Source: a virus. Taken from it: a DNA stretch of 64,000 bases. The stretch lies in the IMG/VR virus record IMGVR_UViG_3300050821_001689, positions 5,958-69,957 of that record. One strand, 5' to 3'. How positions within the stretch are numbered: position 1 is the stretch's first letter; each line of letters begins with the position of its first letter. The notes below the pieces were generated by a model, which saw only the letters and a list, made by a program, of their open reading frames with translations, ran no database searches and was not told the DNA's origin. Shown one piece after another: positions 43,701 to 51,702 of this stretch. Both the position numbers and the translations under genes were made by a program.

Positions 43701-46499
43701 TGGAAACGACCAGCTTCTTGGGGCTGTGATACCTGGGGCCGTAATTGTTAATTGACCGAAACGTAGCTTCCAAGTCATTAGTCCGTTGGAATCCAAGGAG
43801 GTCTGAGCAGCACCCAGTTGATTCGTGGCTGCCGGACCAAACGAGGCACTACTATCCGTGGCGTTACATGTTGCTAGGTTAAAGCCCCCAACAACTTGCT
43901 TATACACACTATTGGCGGGGTCGAACCTATAGAAGTTATAGAATTGTAGGTTTGTAGTCTCGGAAGGGGCTGTACAGGAAAGAGCAACATTTTGATTAGT
44001 AAAAACCCCAACGCTAGCAGTAGCTACAGGTAAGGACTCATTGCCCTCGAAGTCCGTAGTTGTAACGGAATAAAGCTGGAATCCTGGAGGAACAGACCCT
44101 CCTGCTCCCGGAACGGCGGTAAAGTTAGTAGGCGCGGGTTGGGTAAAGAAAGTGCGGTCGGTATTCTTTAGGGATGTTTGTACGCTAGTAGTAATAGGCC
44201 CGGCAAAGAACGGACGCCCGTTGTAGTTGAAATTTGATATGGCTACACTGGCAATTCCTCCGGCACTAAACGAATTTACGTTAGCAAGGGTGGTATCAAC
44301 TAGTGGTGTTCCGTCCTTACTTCCAAATCCAGAGATGTTATTAATCGAGAAAGCCTGAGTTGGCCAGCCAATATTGAATAAAGGAGTAAGAAGATTAGCT
44401 GAGGTGATATTCTCAGCCATCCAAGTTTGGTTGTTAATCGCAGCCTGCCCTGGAATCTGGTCTAACTGATAACCACTACCTACGAAACCCACTGAGCGCA
44501 TTACCAGGTTACCTGCTATCGCCATGCCGGTACCGACAGCGGCGGAAGCTTCTGTTTGTCTAATGCACGGACCTACACCAAAGGAGGCGCTGTTCTGGGA
44601 ACACCTTCCGCGGTTGAATTCTAAATTAAATCCGCCCTTTTGGGTAAGTTTAGCCTCGCTGGAACTGTTGCCAGAAAATTGAAAATTCTCGAAAAGAATG
44701 CCGGAGTCCCCGAATCCTGATGTATCAGTATCAATAGTTACGCAACTCTGTAATACGTTGTTGCAGTTAAAGAATACTCCATTAAAATGGATATCTCCTT
44801 GATTACCTGGCATGTAAATTAACGGTTGGGCGTTACCGTCAATTTGGTTGATGTTATTGGAGCCGCTGCCATCGGCTATCCTTCGGTCTGTCTTGGACTG
44901 ACCATCCCAAAGCATTCCGGTGGTGGTAATAAACGGCTGATTGAACTGTACCCGGCCAGCCTGGACAAATCCCACCGCTATTCCCGAAGAGGCAATCGTT
45001 GGTAGGTTTATGGGGGAGTTAAAGACAAAGAATCCCCCGGCACTTTGGGATGTTGGAATATATATAGTCCCACCGCCTTCGGTAATGGCGGCTTGGTATG
45101 CCTGTTTAACCGCGGGCCAGTTGTCATGTTGTACTAAAGCTGCACCTACGTTAGTGCTAGCATTATCTGCTAGCGTAATTGTAGTTCCCAGTACTCCACC
45201 GATAGAGACGATAGTGGAGGACAGATTACCTGCTATTGTGAATGCTTGGGGAGAAGTTGGGTAGTAAGAAGGGAAACCCGTTTCGTTAAATCCGCAGTCT
45301 AAATAGTAGGCATCAATACCAACGGAAGTTCCCACTAATACGTTATTTCGATAAATTAGATAACGTAATACGGTAGTTAACCCGCCGGAAGTTTGCGTGT
45401 TCCACGACAATTTATTGCAGGCTGAAACTGATACAGCGGCACTGGCGGTCTGGGTAGCGTTGCCATTAGCAGTCGGTTGGTAAACGGTAAAGGTCGTCCC
45501 GCTGGGAACAGTAGCCACAGTAAAGTCCCCGTTCAACCCGCTGCCGCTGGAGAAACCGCCGACCTCAATGGCGGCCCCAACTTGGATATTATGTGTGGCT
45601 GAGGTGGTATAGGTAGTAATTCCTGCCACTCTAGTACCAGACGTAACGGTTTGAGTTACCGTACCTAGAGAACTTTGGCCTACCGTGGTGGTTCCGGTAA
45701 CCGAAGCGGCAGTAAGGCCATTCGTAAAGTCCTCAGCCACGATTTTGTAATTATACGTCGTTGCTCCACCAAGGATATTAACGGGGGAGACTGTTGGGGT
45801 ATTTGGGGTGGCTAACGTCGTCGCCGGTCCTGCTCCGTTGATTTCAATTCCCTGTCCTACTAGGAAAGTTGATGCCGAGGTAACAAGTAGGCTATTAGTT
45901 CCGGCATTTATGGTACCGGTTGTCGTTGTCGGAGAGGAGGAGCTAGCATAGGCCCCAAATCTAGTGATATCGAACCAGGGATTAGGTCCTTTTGATTGTA
46001 CGTCCCGATTGACAGTGAGGGTAGTTCCGTTATCAACTTCTCCCGAGCTAGTAAGCACTCCAGAGCCGTTGGTGGCCTGAATAGTACCGGCAGGTCCTAT
46101 TCCAGGACTTCCTCCGGTGCTTCCACAGGCTGTGACCGTTGAGTTAGGTACACAGGGGAAGGAGAAATTAACCGTCTTACCCGAATATCCTACACGAGAG
46201 AAGGTTACCGTATAATTTCCAGGACCGACGAAGAACTGGTAGTTGCCTTGGCCATCCGTTTGTATAGGATTCAACGTTTGATTTAGCGGAGTTAGGCCGG
46301 TGACATCCGTGAAAACGGTGGTTGCCAAGGCGGTACAAGGGATTCCCGTAGCGTTTAGATTACATACCGTCACCGTAGCCAGGGGAATAGGTTGTCCATT
46401 CTGATTTAATAGAATATCGTTCTGAATGTACACCTGTCCCTGAGCTTGGGAGGGAAGGAGAAATAGAAGTAAAGGAAGTAAGAGTAACCAACGTCTCAT
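40701..46499 (-). CDS. large tail fibre/tailspike with signal peptide
   Basis: 1932 aa; pectate-lyase-like beta-helix start (DNWPAVKQAYQAAITEGGGTIYIP), GTLPIGNGGT fibre repeats, GANTQVQFN. Confidence 0.85.
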   Translation of the reverse strand: MRRWLLLLPLLLFLLPSQAQGQVYIQNDILLNQNGQPIPLATVTVCNLNATGIPCTALATTVFTDVTGLTPLNQTLNPIQTDGQGNYQFFVGPGNYTVTFSRVGYSGKTVNFSFPCVPNSTVTACGSTGGSPGIGPAGTIQATNGSGVLTSSGEVDNGTTLTVNRDVQSKGPNPWFDITRFGAYASSSSPTTTTGTINAGTNSLLVTSASTFLVGQGIEINGAGPATTLATPNTPTVSPVNILGGATTYNYKIVAEDFTNGLTAASVTGTTTVGQSSLGTVTQTVTSGTRVAGITTYTTSATHNIQVGAAIEVGGFSSGSGLNGDFTVATVPSGTTFTVYQPTANGNATQTASAAVSVSACNKLSWNTQTSGGLTTVLRYLIYRNNVLVGTSVGIDAYYLDCGFNETGFPSYYPTSPQAFTIAGNLSSTIVSIGGVLGTTITLADNASTNVGAALVQHDNWPAVKQAYQAAITEGGGTIYIPTSQSAGGFFVFNSPINLPTIASSGIAVGFVQAGRVQFNQPFITTTGMLWDGQSKTDRRIADGSGSNNINQIDGNAQPLIYMPGNQGDIHFNGVFFNCNNVLQSCVTIDTDTSGFGDSGILFENFQFSGNSSSEAKLTQKGGFNLEFNRGRCSQNSASFGVGPCIRQTEASAAVGTGMAIAGNLVMRSVGFVGSGYQLDQIPGQAAINNQTWMAENITSANLLTPLFNIGWPTQAFSINNISGFGSKDGTPLVDTTLANVNSFSAGGIASVAISNFNYNGRPFFAGPITTSVQTSLKNTDRTFFTQPAPTNFTAVPGAGGSVPPGFQLYSVTTTDFEGNESLPVATASVGVFTNQNVALSCTAPSETTNLQFYNFYRFDPANSVYKQVVGGFNLATCNATDSSASFGPAATNQLGAAQTSLDSNGLMTWKLRFGQLTITAPGITAPRSWSFPNSSSVFAGINVPETFTDHQSISNGKELRFFSTDLAHWAGFKGGSSTSNLVWALPTTDSTGTQCLSSNGSLQLSFSPCSGGTGTPGGANTQVQFNNSGTFGGSSNLTWVSPVLTIGVATSTTGQLALTGATSGTVTITPQATAGTPTLTLPNTTGTFADGASAPLVESATTGNLTCPTCTTNAAALTNNQIVLGAGGQATQIGPAGTTTTVLHGNAAGAPTYAAVNLANDTTGTTAIANGGTGQTTASTAFNALAPATGAGGLIVGTGTNTYGNLSIGGNGLCLVSNGATPTWNSCAAGAVSGSAVAGQGTFWTASSGIGGSVNWLYSSGSGHSIIQGANGTDVIYAKRATDSTSTGNFLHFQNAAAGADIAKLDVNGNLTVSNSITISNTTVAGNINLGQGTTPSLVPNAITLTAPTAVSASGEEFIFPSTASTGFIRWTNASNVLTGAFAPASGIGACVNTVVTATNDNTAPTCNPVTGPMFGTQSANQVWASPNGSSGNMTVRSLVSADVPPINLNLGGNGGITGTLPIGNGGTNATAPLAAFNNLSPLTTAGDILYGGTSGSGTRLAAGTATQLLHSGSTPSWSAVSLTADVTGTLPLANGGTNASSGLANTNGAVYSDGTKLVSTATGGAGTLCLTSASGGTPTWGSCSGSAATAWSALTAPSADLSLSMTTFNSLFTHGVMTGTRNAWEITDGNSTSTGSLFNLHTGTTSTMKPFKFTAQGTANGIQMDSTGSVTAIGTGGITATSSTQSISTTSPLGGGGTFSGNLTLTCATCVTSGSSLTNNAVVVGSGGGQGTASVAVGTSGQILQTKGSGSTPAFIDFPDYHYFPAADCVNAVAASGWSTGSTPAATCRAGTNNKEGFLTWGASDTGQMSIGLPADWDTATNPNVRLRLASTDATNGHTVIMQIATACSKGDGSTTDDVAFNTAQSLGTITLNGNANRQWDATLTGITMTGCVAGGVLRLQLSRTTDTATNVEIYGLGITIPRLLTVQAN

Positions 46500-46502
46500 T
46501 TT

Positions 46503-47363
46503 TTATTCCTGTGAAGTTCCAATGGGTCCGGTACGAACTGCTTCCTTGATATCGTCAAACTTACCCTTGGGTTCCTCAATTCCAGCTTCTACGCGCTTGG
46601 ACTTCGGAACATCCTTGGGAAGAACCTGTCCGCGTTCCACGGCGACTTTCCAGTCTAGAATGGTTCCGCATCCCGGCTGTGGGCACTTGGAGACCTTCCT
46701 GGATAATACCACTCCGCAGTTGATGCAATTGACGGTATCAATAGCCATCTCTCCGCTAGGATTCACGGTAGCCCAGTCCGGGAGAGGATTGAGTAGCCCC
46801 ATTTTATGTAACTTCCAAGCATGATTACGTGCTTGTTCCGTGATATTTACCTGACCAAACTTACTCCAGCGATTAGTCTCGTGGATATTACGCTGCATGT
46901 ACTTGATATTCTGCTTCTCGGCCTCTTCAATGTCCTGCCGAGTAGGTTCTGTCTCAATAGCCCGGATACCGAGATTCTGGTCGAAGAATACCGATTGACG
47001 TTCTAACTCATTGGCGATTTCTTCCGCGGAGATTGGCAGGAGAGCCCGGCGAAGTTGGGGTTCCATTGGCCTTCCTTCCTCGTCCATCTTCTGGTCGAGT
47101 TCGGTTCCGTACTGCGCTGTCTTGCCCTCGAATACGGAAATCTCTATGAATTTCTTGCCATCTATTTCTCTCCGCTGGGCGTATTGCACCGGCTCCCGAC
47201 CCTTGAAACTAAATGTGCACTTACTTAGTTCCTCATCCGAAGCGTCGATTCCAGGGATGAAGTATGTTCCTGGGGTAATGGATGGAAGGGTAAGACGAAG
47301 AGTTGAAGGTTCGTTGTGCACTGAAATAAGACGAGCGGTTCTTACTGCAATTGCGATGGCCAT
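46503..47363 (-). CDS. hypothetical protein with zinc ribbon
   Basis: CINC...CPQPGC. Confidence 0.7.
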   Translation of the reverse strand: MAIAIAVRTARLISVHNEPSTLRLTLPSITPGTYFIPGIDASDEELSKCTFSFKGREPVQYAQRREIDGKKFIEISVFEGKTAQYGTELDQKMDEEGRPMEPQLRRALLPISAEEIANELERQSVFFDQNLGIRAIETEPTRQDIEEAEKQNIKYMQRNIHETNRWSKFGQVNITEQARNHAWKLHKMGLLNPLPDWATVNPSGEMAIDTVNCINCGVVLSRKVSKCPQPGCGTILDWKVAVERGQVLPKDVPKSKRVEAGIEEPKGKFDDIKEAVRTGPIGTSQE

Positions 47364-47391
47364 GTTATTTTCCTTTTCGCCTTGGAACTAA

Positions 47392-48042
47392 CTATTCGGA
47401 CAGGCGGTCTCGACGAATAGTAAAATCGAATTTCTCTGGTCTATCTTGCTTGATAGGTTTCAAGTCCGATAGAACCTTACTTGCAGAAGTAGTAGAAGTA
47501 GACATGGGGTTCCCGTTAAAAGCTGGGTTAGTATCTTCGAGAACCGATTCCACATAACTATCATACGCCCTATCCTTGGACTTCTGGCGTTCTAGAATCT
47601 CCTCGCGCTTCTTGGCCCGATTGCGTTCAACAATGGCTCTCTCACCAAGTAACGCCGCCCTGGCAGTCTCCTGGGCTCTCTTGAGAATGGGAATGACTTT
47701 CTCAATTATAAATATCGTAGGAGCAAAGGGGATATCGTTCTCATCCACGAAATGAGTAACGCAGTTATAGGAACCTTTAGAAGTATCCTCGCCAAGAGCG
47801 GATTCACAAAGGGACAGAGCCATCGAAGGCGGTTCCCAAGTGAGTAGGTGGTAAGAACAAGGGTTAGTGCCAAAACAGACTGGAACGATGTGCTTCTTAC
47901 TCGTTTCCATTGTCCATTCCAACTTAAATAACGGCATTCCTTGATGCTCACCACCCTCACGTCTGAGCATGATGTTAAGGGCAGTCTCTTCCTCCCGAGA
48001 GAGTCGGATTCCGCCCTCAACTAGTGTAGGTGTGTTTGTCAT
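47392..48042 (-). CDS. hypothetical protein
   Basis: Likely start MTNTPT at 48042 (TAATG coupling). Confidence 0.65.
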   Translation of the reverse strand: MTNTPTLVEGGIRLSREEETALNIMLRREGGEHQGMPLFKLEWTMETSKKHIVPVCFGTNPCSYHLLTWEPPSMALSLCESALGEDTSKGSYNCVTHFVDENDIPFAPTIFIIEKVIPILKRAQETARAALLGERAIVERNRAKKREEILERQKSKDRAYDSYVESVLEDTNPAFNGNPMSTSTTSASKVLSDLKPIKQDRPEKFDFTIRRDRLSE

Positions 48043-48872
48043 TAGCTGACAGGTTGAACGGGGACATAACCCCATACTTTTGCGTGGATAGCTCCGGCAC
48101 CCGGAGTACCGCCAGCCGCAGTGAATACTACCGCTGCTAGGGTCGTCTCCGCAGCTAAGTTTACGATGGCCGAGGCAGTTTCAAAGCCACGGGCCGTCGA
48201 ACCCGCAGTCAAGCCGGTATCGGTGGTTACGAATGCCGCAGTCGAACCGACAATACCAAGGTTCCAAGAGGTAGCCACGGTAATAGTCGTATTCACGCGA
48301 GCAGAAGCACCCTCCACAATAAAGTGCGAAGGGAGTTTCACGGTAGATGTGGTGGTTACTCCCGAAGTGGAAAGAGTTACGTTCCCAAGGTCCACAGCAA
48401 AGTATACCAAGCCTCCGCCGTTGTTCTGCGCATCGAGAATTGCTTCCTCAATACCGAAATCGCCGGAAGAAACGAAGGTTCCGTTACCGTGAGCGTTGGC
48501 GAAGGTCGCCGTGACCTGGCAAACACCCTGGTTAGGGTTGAGTGGTTGACATCCCGATACGGCGGATGGCGTTACCACCTCTGCGTTGGAACCAAAGTCC
48601 ACCTGAAGCGGAACGTTGGTGCTGAAAGGAACGAATGGTCGGCCATCTGGGAGAGTTACGTACCCATAAAGCATCGACATCGTTTGGGAGCCGGTTCCAG
48701 TAAAACCAATGGCGACAGTAGAACTCCATTGGTTATAGGCCGAAGCAAAGTACGTACCGCTTGGTCCATTTACACGAGCCGGTCCCTGTTGAGCCTTAGC
48801 TGGCGTAGCTAGGGTAAGCCCCATCACTACAAGAGCAAAGGTTGCGAGAATTGCGAGAAGTTTACGAGTCAT
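48042..48872 (-). CDS. capsid-decoration-like protein with signal peptide
   Basis: Immediately after capsid gene; signal peptide ending AKA-Q; beta-rich. Confidence 0.65.
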   Translation of the reverse strand: MTRKLLAILATFALVVMGLTLATPAKAQQGPARVNGPSGTYFASAYNQWSSTVAIGFTGTGSQTMSMLYGYVTLPDGRPFVPFSTNVPLQVDFGSNAEVVTPSAVSGCQPLNPNQGVCQVTATFANAHGNGTFVSSGDFGIEEAILDAQNNGGGLVYFAVDLGNVTLSTSGVTTTSTVKLPSHFIVEGASARVNTTITVATSWNLGIVGSTAAFVTTDTGLTAGSTARGFETASAIVNLAAETTLAAVVFTAAGGTPGAGAIHAKVWGYVPVQPVS

Positions 48873-48911
48873 TGTTTCGATTCTCCTGAAATTTGGTGCG
48901 GGCAGATTCCG

Positions 48912-50174
48912 TTAGATTGTTGTATATCCCGTAGGTATAGCAAGCTGGTCGATGTAACCAACCGCTCCCGGATTGTCGATGAAGAACTGACCGAACCAGT
49001 AGACATAGAACAACGTAGCCGCTAGAGGCGAACCAGTCGTCGAGTCGATAGGACGGGTGAAGTAGGAACCGTCTTCGTTCTTGAGGAAGTCGATAGGAGC
49101 GGACTCCACCTTACCCCAAGTATCGAAGTTCACGAAGTCGATACGGTCACGGGCGGCCTGGATGTCTTCCATCGCATTCACGCCTGCGAGCTTCGTGTCT
49201 CCAAAGAGCATGTCAATGGACTCATTGCCGGAACCCTTGTGGATTTCGGTCACGAGAATTGCCAACTCTTCGTAAGCAGCACGCTGCGCCGGGTGAAGGT
49301 GAGCAGCAAGTTGCTTCGGGTTCACGGCGTTCACACGCTGCTTAATTTTGTTGAGAATTAAGCGAATCGGGGCCGTGGTTAGGGCGTTCTGTCCGTTGTG
49401 AACCGCGTTGGCGCGGATTTCAGGAACAGATGCACGGGAAAGGTTGAGCCAGGTTCCGGCTGCGGAATCGGAGTGGTGGTAAGGAAGACCGAAGTATCCT
49501 GCCGGAGAAGCCCCAGCAACACCTTCGATTAGAATTACGTCACCCGAAGTTACGACGAAGCCGATTTGTCCGGTTAGGTTAATTACGTTGTTCGGATAGT
49601 CAACCGAGGCTACGGTCACCTGACCACGCTGAGTGGTGATGGTGGTGTCGTAGATGTTGAGAATCTGACCGGCGCGGATTAACTGGGAGAAGAAAGGAGC
49701 TACGGCAACGGTGAGGGAGGCATCCGTTGCAAGCTGACCCTGGGAAGTGGTGGCAATTACGTTGTTCCCGGCAGTCTGGAGTTGACCGTTCCAGAAAACA
49801 CGGAATTCTCTCATAGCGTTCTTAATTTCTAGCGCGATGAGCTTACGAATAGCCTTCGATTCCCCGTTAGTCTGGTCGAGCGCATCCTTGTTGATTTCAA
49901 TAGCGATACGTGCGGCTAGAGGAGTGAGGGTTGCTGCATCGTAGTGCGTTGCGGTACCACGACCGAGAGCGCCACCAGCTAAGTTAACCTGACCGGTACG
50001 TGCTCCTGGACGAATCTGCAACGGGATACGCGAAGCACGAGAGGAAACTTTGAGAACGTCCCGGCGCGTATCAATTTTGGAGAAGAGGGAGTCTGGATAT
50101 CCAAAAAGCTCAGGTAGTTTATCGCGTACCTGTTCTAACTGGAGACCAATGACATCCGAGGTTGCTTGTGCCAT
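48912..50174 (-). CDS. major capsid protein
   Basis: 420 aa after portal and scaffold; HK97-like layout with insertion domain. Confidence 0.8.
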   Translation of the reverse strand: MAQATSDVIGLQLEQVRDKLPELFGYPDSLFSKIDTRRDVLKVSSRASRIPLQIRPGARTGQVNLAGGALGRGTATHYDAATLTPLAARIAIEINKDALDQTNGESKAIRKLIALEIKNAMREFRVFWNGQLQTAGNNVIATTSQGQLATDASLTVAVAPFFSQLIRAGQILNIYDTTITTQRGQVTVASVDYPNNVINLTGQIGFVVTSGDVILIEGVAGASPAGYFGLPYHHSDSAAGTWLNLSRASVPEIRANAVHNGQNALTTAPIRLILNKIKQRVNAVNPKQLAAHLHPAQRAAYEELAILVTEIHKGSGNESIDMLFGDTKLAGVNAMEDIQAARDRIDFVNFDTWGKVESAPIDFLKNEDGSYFTRPIDSTTGSPLAATLFYVYWFGQFFIDNPGAVGYIDQLAIPTGYTTI

Positions 50175-50236
50175 TTAGATACACCAAAGGTGTGAAATGC
50201 GGTGGCTTGAGGTCGAGTCAAGGACTCTGATTCAAG

Positions 50237-51646
50237 TTAATCAATGCCTAGTGTACGTCGGGAAAACTGCTCGTAAGTCTCACCAGAATTTGGTTTCGAT
50301 GACTGGCGTTCACCGGGTTTACTGAGGCGACCAGGAGTTCCCGAGGTTGCAGGCTCGCGGTGTTGAGTACCCGCTTGAGTACGCGCCGCGTTCGTTTTTT
50401 GCACTAGAGTTATCCCGGCTTCCCGAAGAACCTCTTGGAGGGCATCGGGAAGAAACTGTCTCGCACGCTGTTCGAGCGCAGCGACTAGTTGCCGCTGATG
50501 CTCCGGGCCGCGATTACCCGAGCGAGACATGGCTTCCATCTGGTTGGCAAAAAACGAGTCGTTTCTCACAGCGTCGATTGTCCGCTGCTTGATACTTTCT
50601 CTCACCCAGTTTTGGAAGCCGGGTTTCTGGGACTTCAAAGCCGTAGCGTTTTCTAGGCGCTTGGCAATATCGGTGTCAAGACTTCCGTGGAAGGTTGACT
50701 GGATTCCATTATAGAAGTTCTGTTCGGCCTGTGCAAGGGTAGACTGCTGGCCGGACTTTAATTGAGCATCCAGTTCAGCTACCTTCTGAGCAAGGTATTG
50801 TTCCCGCTCGCTCATAGTGCCTGGGGCTGCGGGTCCACCTGCGCCAGTTGGCTTAGGGAAACTTACTCCCTTAAGAGGAATGCCAAACATAGCAGCTACG
50901 GCTTGGACCGCCACCATAGCTTGTTTACCGTTGAGGCCAAGGTCCGAGAAGGCACGGGAGATAGCCGGGTCACCCTGTTGGACTCGGGTGGCGATATTGG
51001 ATAGTCCATCACCCACGAACATAGAGGCTACTTGGTCAAAGTGAGGAGAGGAGCCGTCGGCTTCCTTGGAGTTCTCATATAGTGAATTAATGAACTCCCG
51101 CTTATTCTCCGTACTCCCATAGTACATATTGTCGAACTTATAGAGTTGCGTAGCCCACTCTTTAGCCTGACGAGCATCGTCGGGAGTTACGAAGATTTCA
51201 TTAAGTTCAGCGGCCTTGAAGAATGCCGGACGTAACGCTGGATTCTGCTTGATAATTTCTTTAATCTGGCCGTAGTTCTCCCGGTACATTTTCTTGAGAG
51301 TTTCGTCAGATTTTAGTTCCTGGGGAGTAGGTTGTTTAGCGGGAACCGGAGCGTTAGGGTCATCAGCCGGTGGCTCATCTGCGGGAGGTTCATCTACCGG
51401 AGTACCGTCAGCGGGCGGTTCGTCTACTACCGGTTCATCCACAACTGGAGCAGAATTGCCCTCAACATAACCATCAAGAGCCGCGCCGTCATTGGCTGGC
51501 GGAGCATCGGCTACGGGAGCATCAGCCACCGGGGCTGCGTCGAGACGGTCTACTGGACCGGAATATTCATATGAATCACGCTCTAATACTTCTAATGTTT
51601 CTGAATCAATAACAACACGAGTGGAGATAATGCGGGGTTCAAACAT
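50237..51646 (-). CDS. scaffolding protein
   Basis: Acidic Pro-rich N-region, coiled coils, between portal and capsid. Confidence 0.7.
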   Translation of the reverse strand: MFEPRIISTRVVIDSETLEVLERDSYEYSGPVDRLDAAPVADAPVADAPPANDGAALDGYVEGNSAPVVDEPVVDEPPADGTPVDEPPADEPPADDPNAPVPAKQPTPQELKSDETLKKMYRENYGQIKEIIKQNPALRPAFFKAAELNEIFVTPDDARQAKEWATQLYKFDNMYYGSTENKREFINSLYENSKEADGSSPHFDQVASMFVGDGLSNIATRVQQGDPAISRAFSDLGLNGKQAMVAVQAVAAMFGIPLKGVSFPKPTGAGGPAAPGTMSEREQYLAQKVAELDAQLKSGQQSTLAQAEQNFYNGIQSTFHGSLDTDIAKRLENATALKSQKPGFQNWVRESIKQRTIDAVRNDSFFANQMEAMSRSGNRGPEHQRQLVAALEQRARQFLPDALQEVLREAGITLVQKTNAARTQAGTQHREPATSGTPGRLSKPGERQSSKPNSGETYEQFSRRTLGID

Positions 51647-51702
51647 GGAGTTTCCTTTTCGGTCATGGATTGTAAGTTAGGGACGACCGGACTCACCTAA
51701 CC

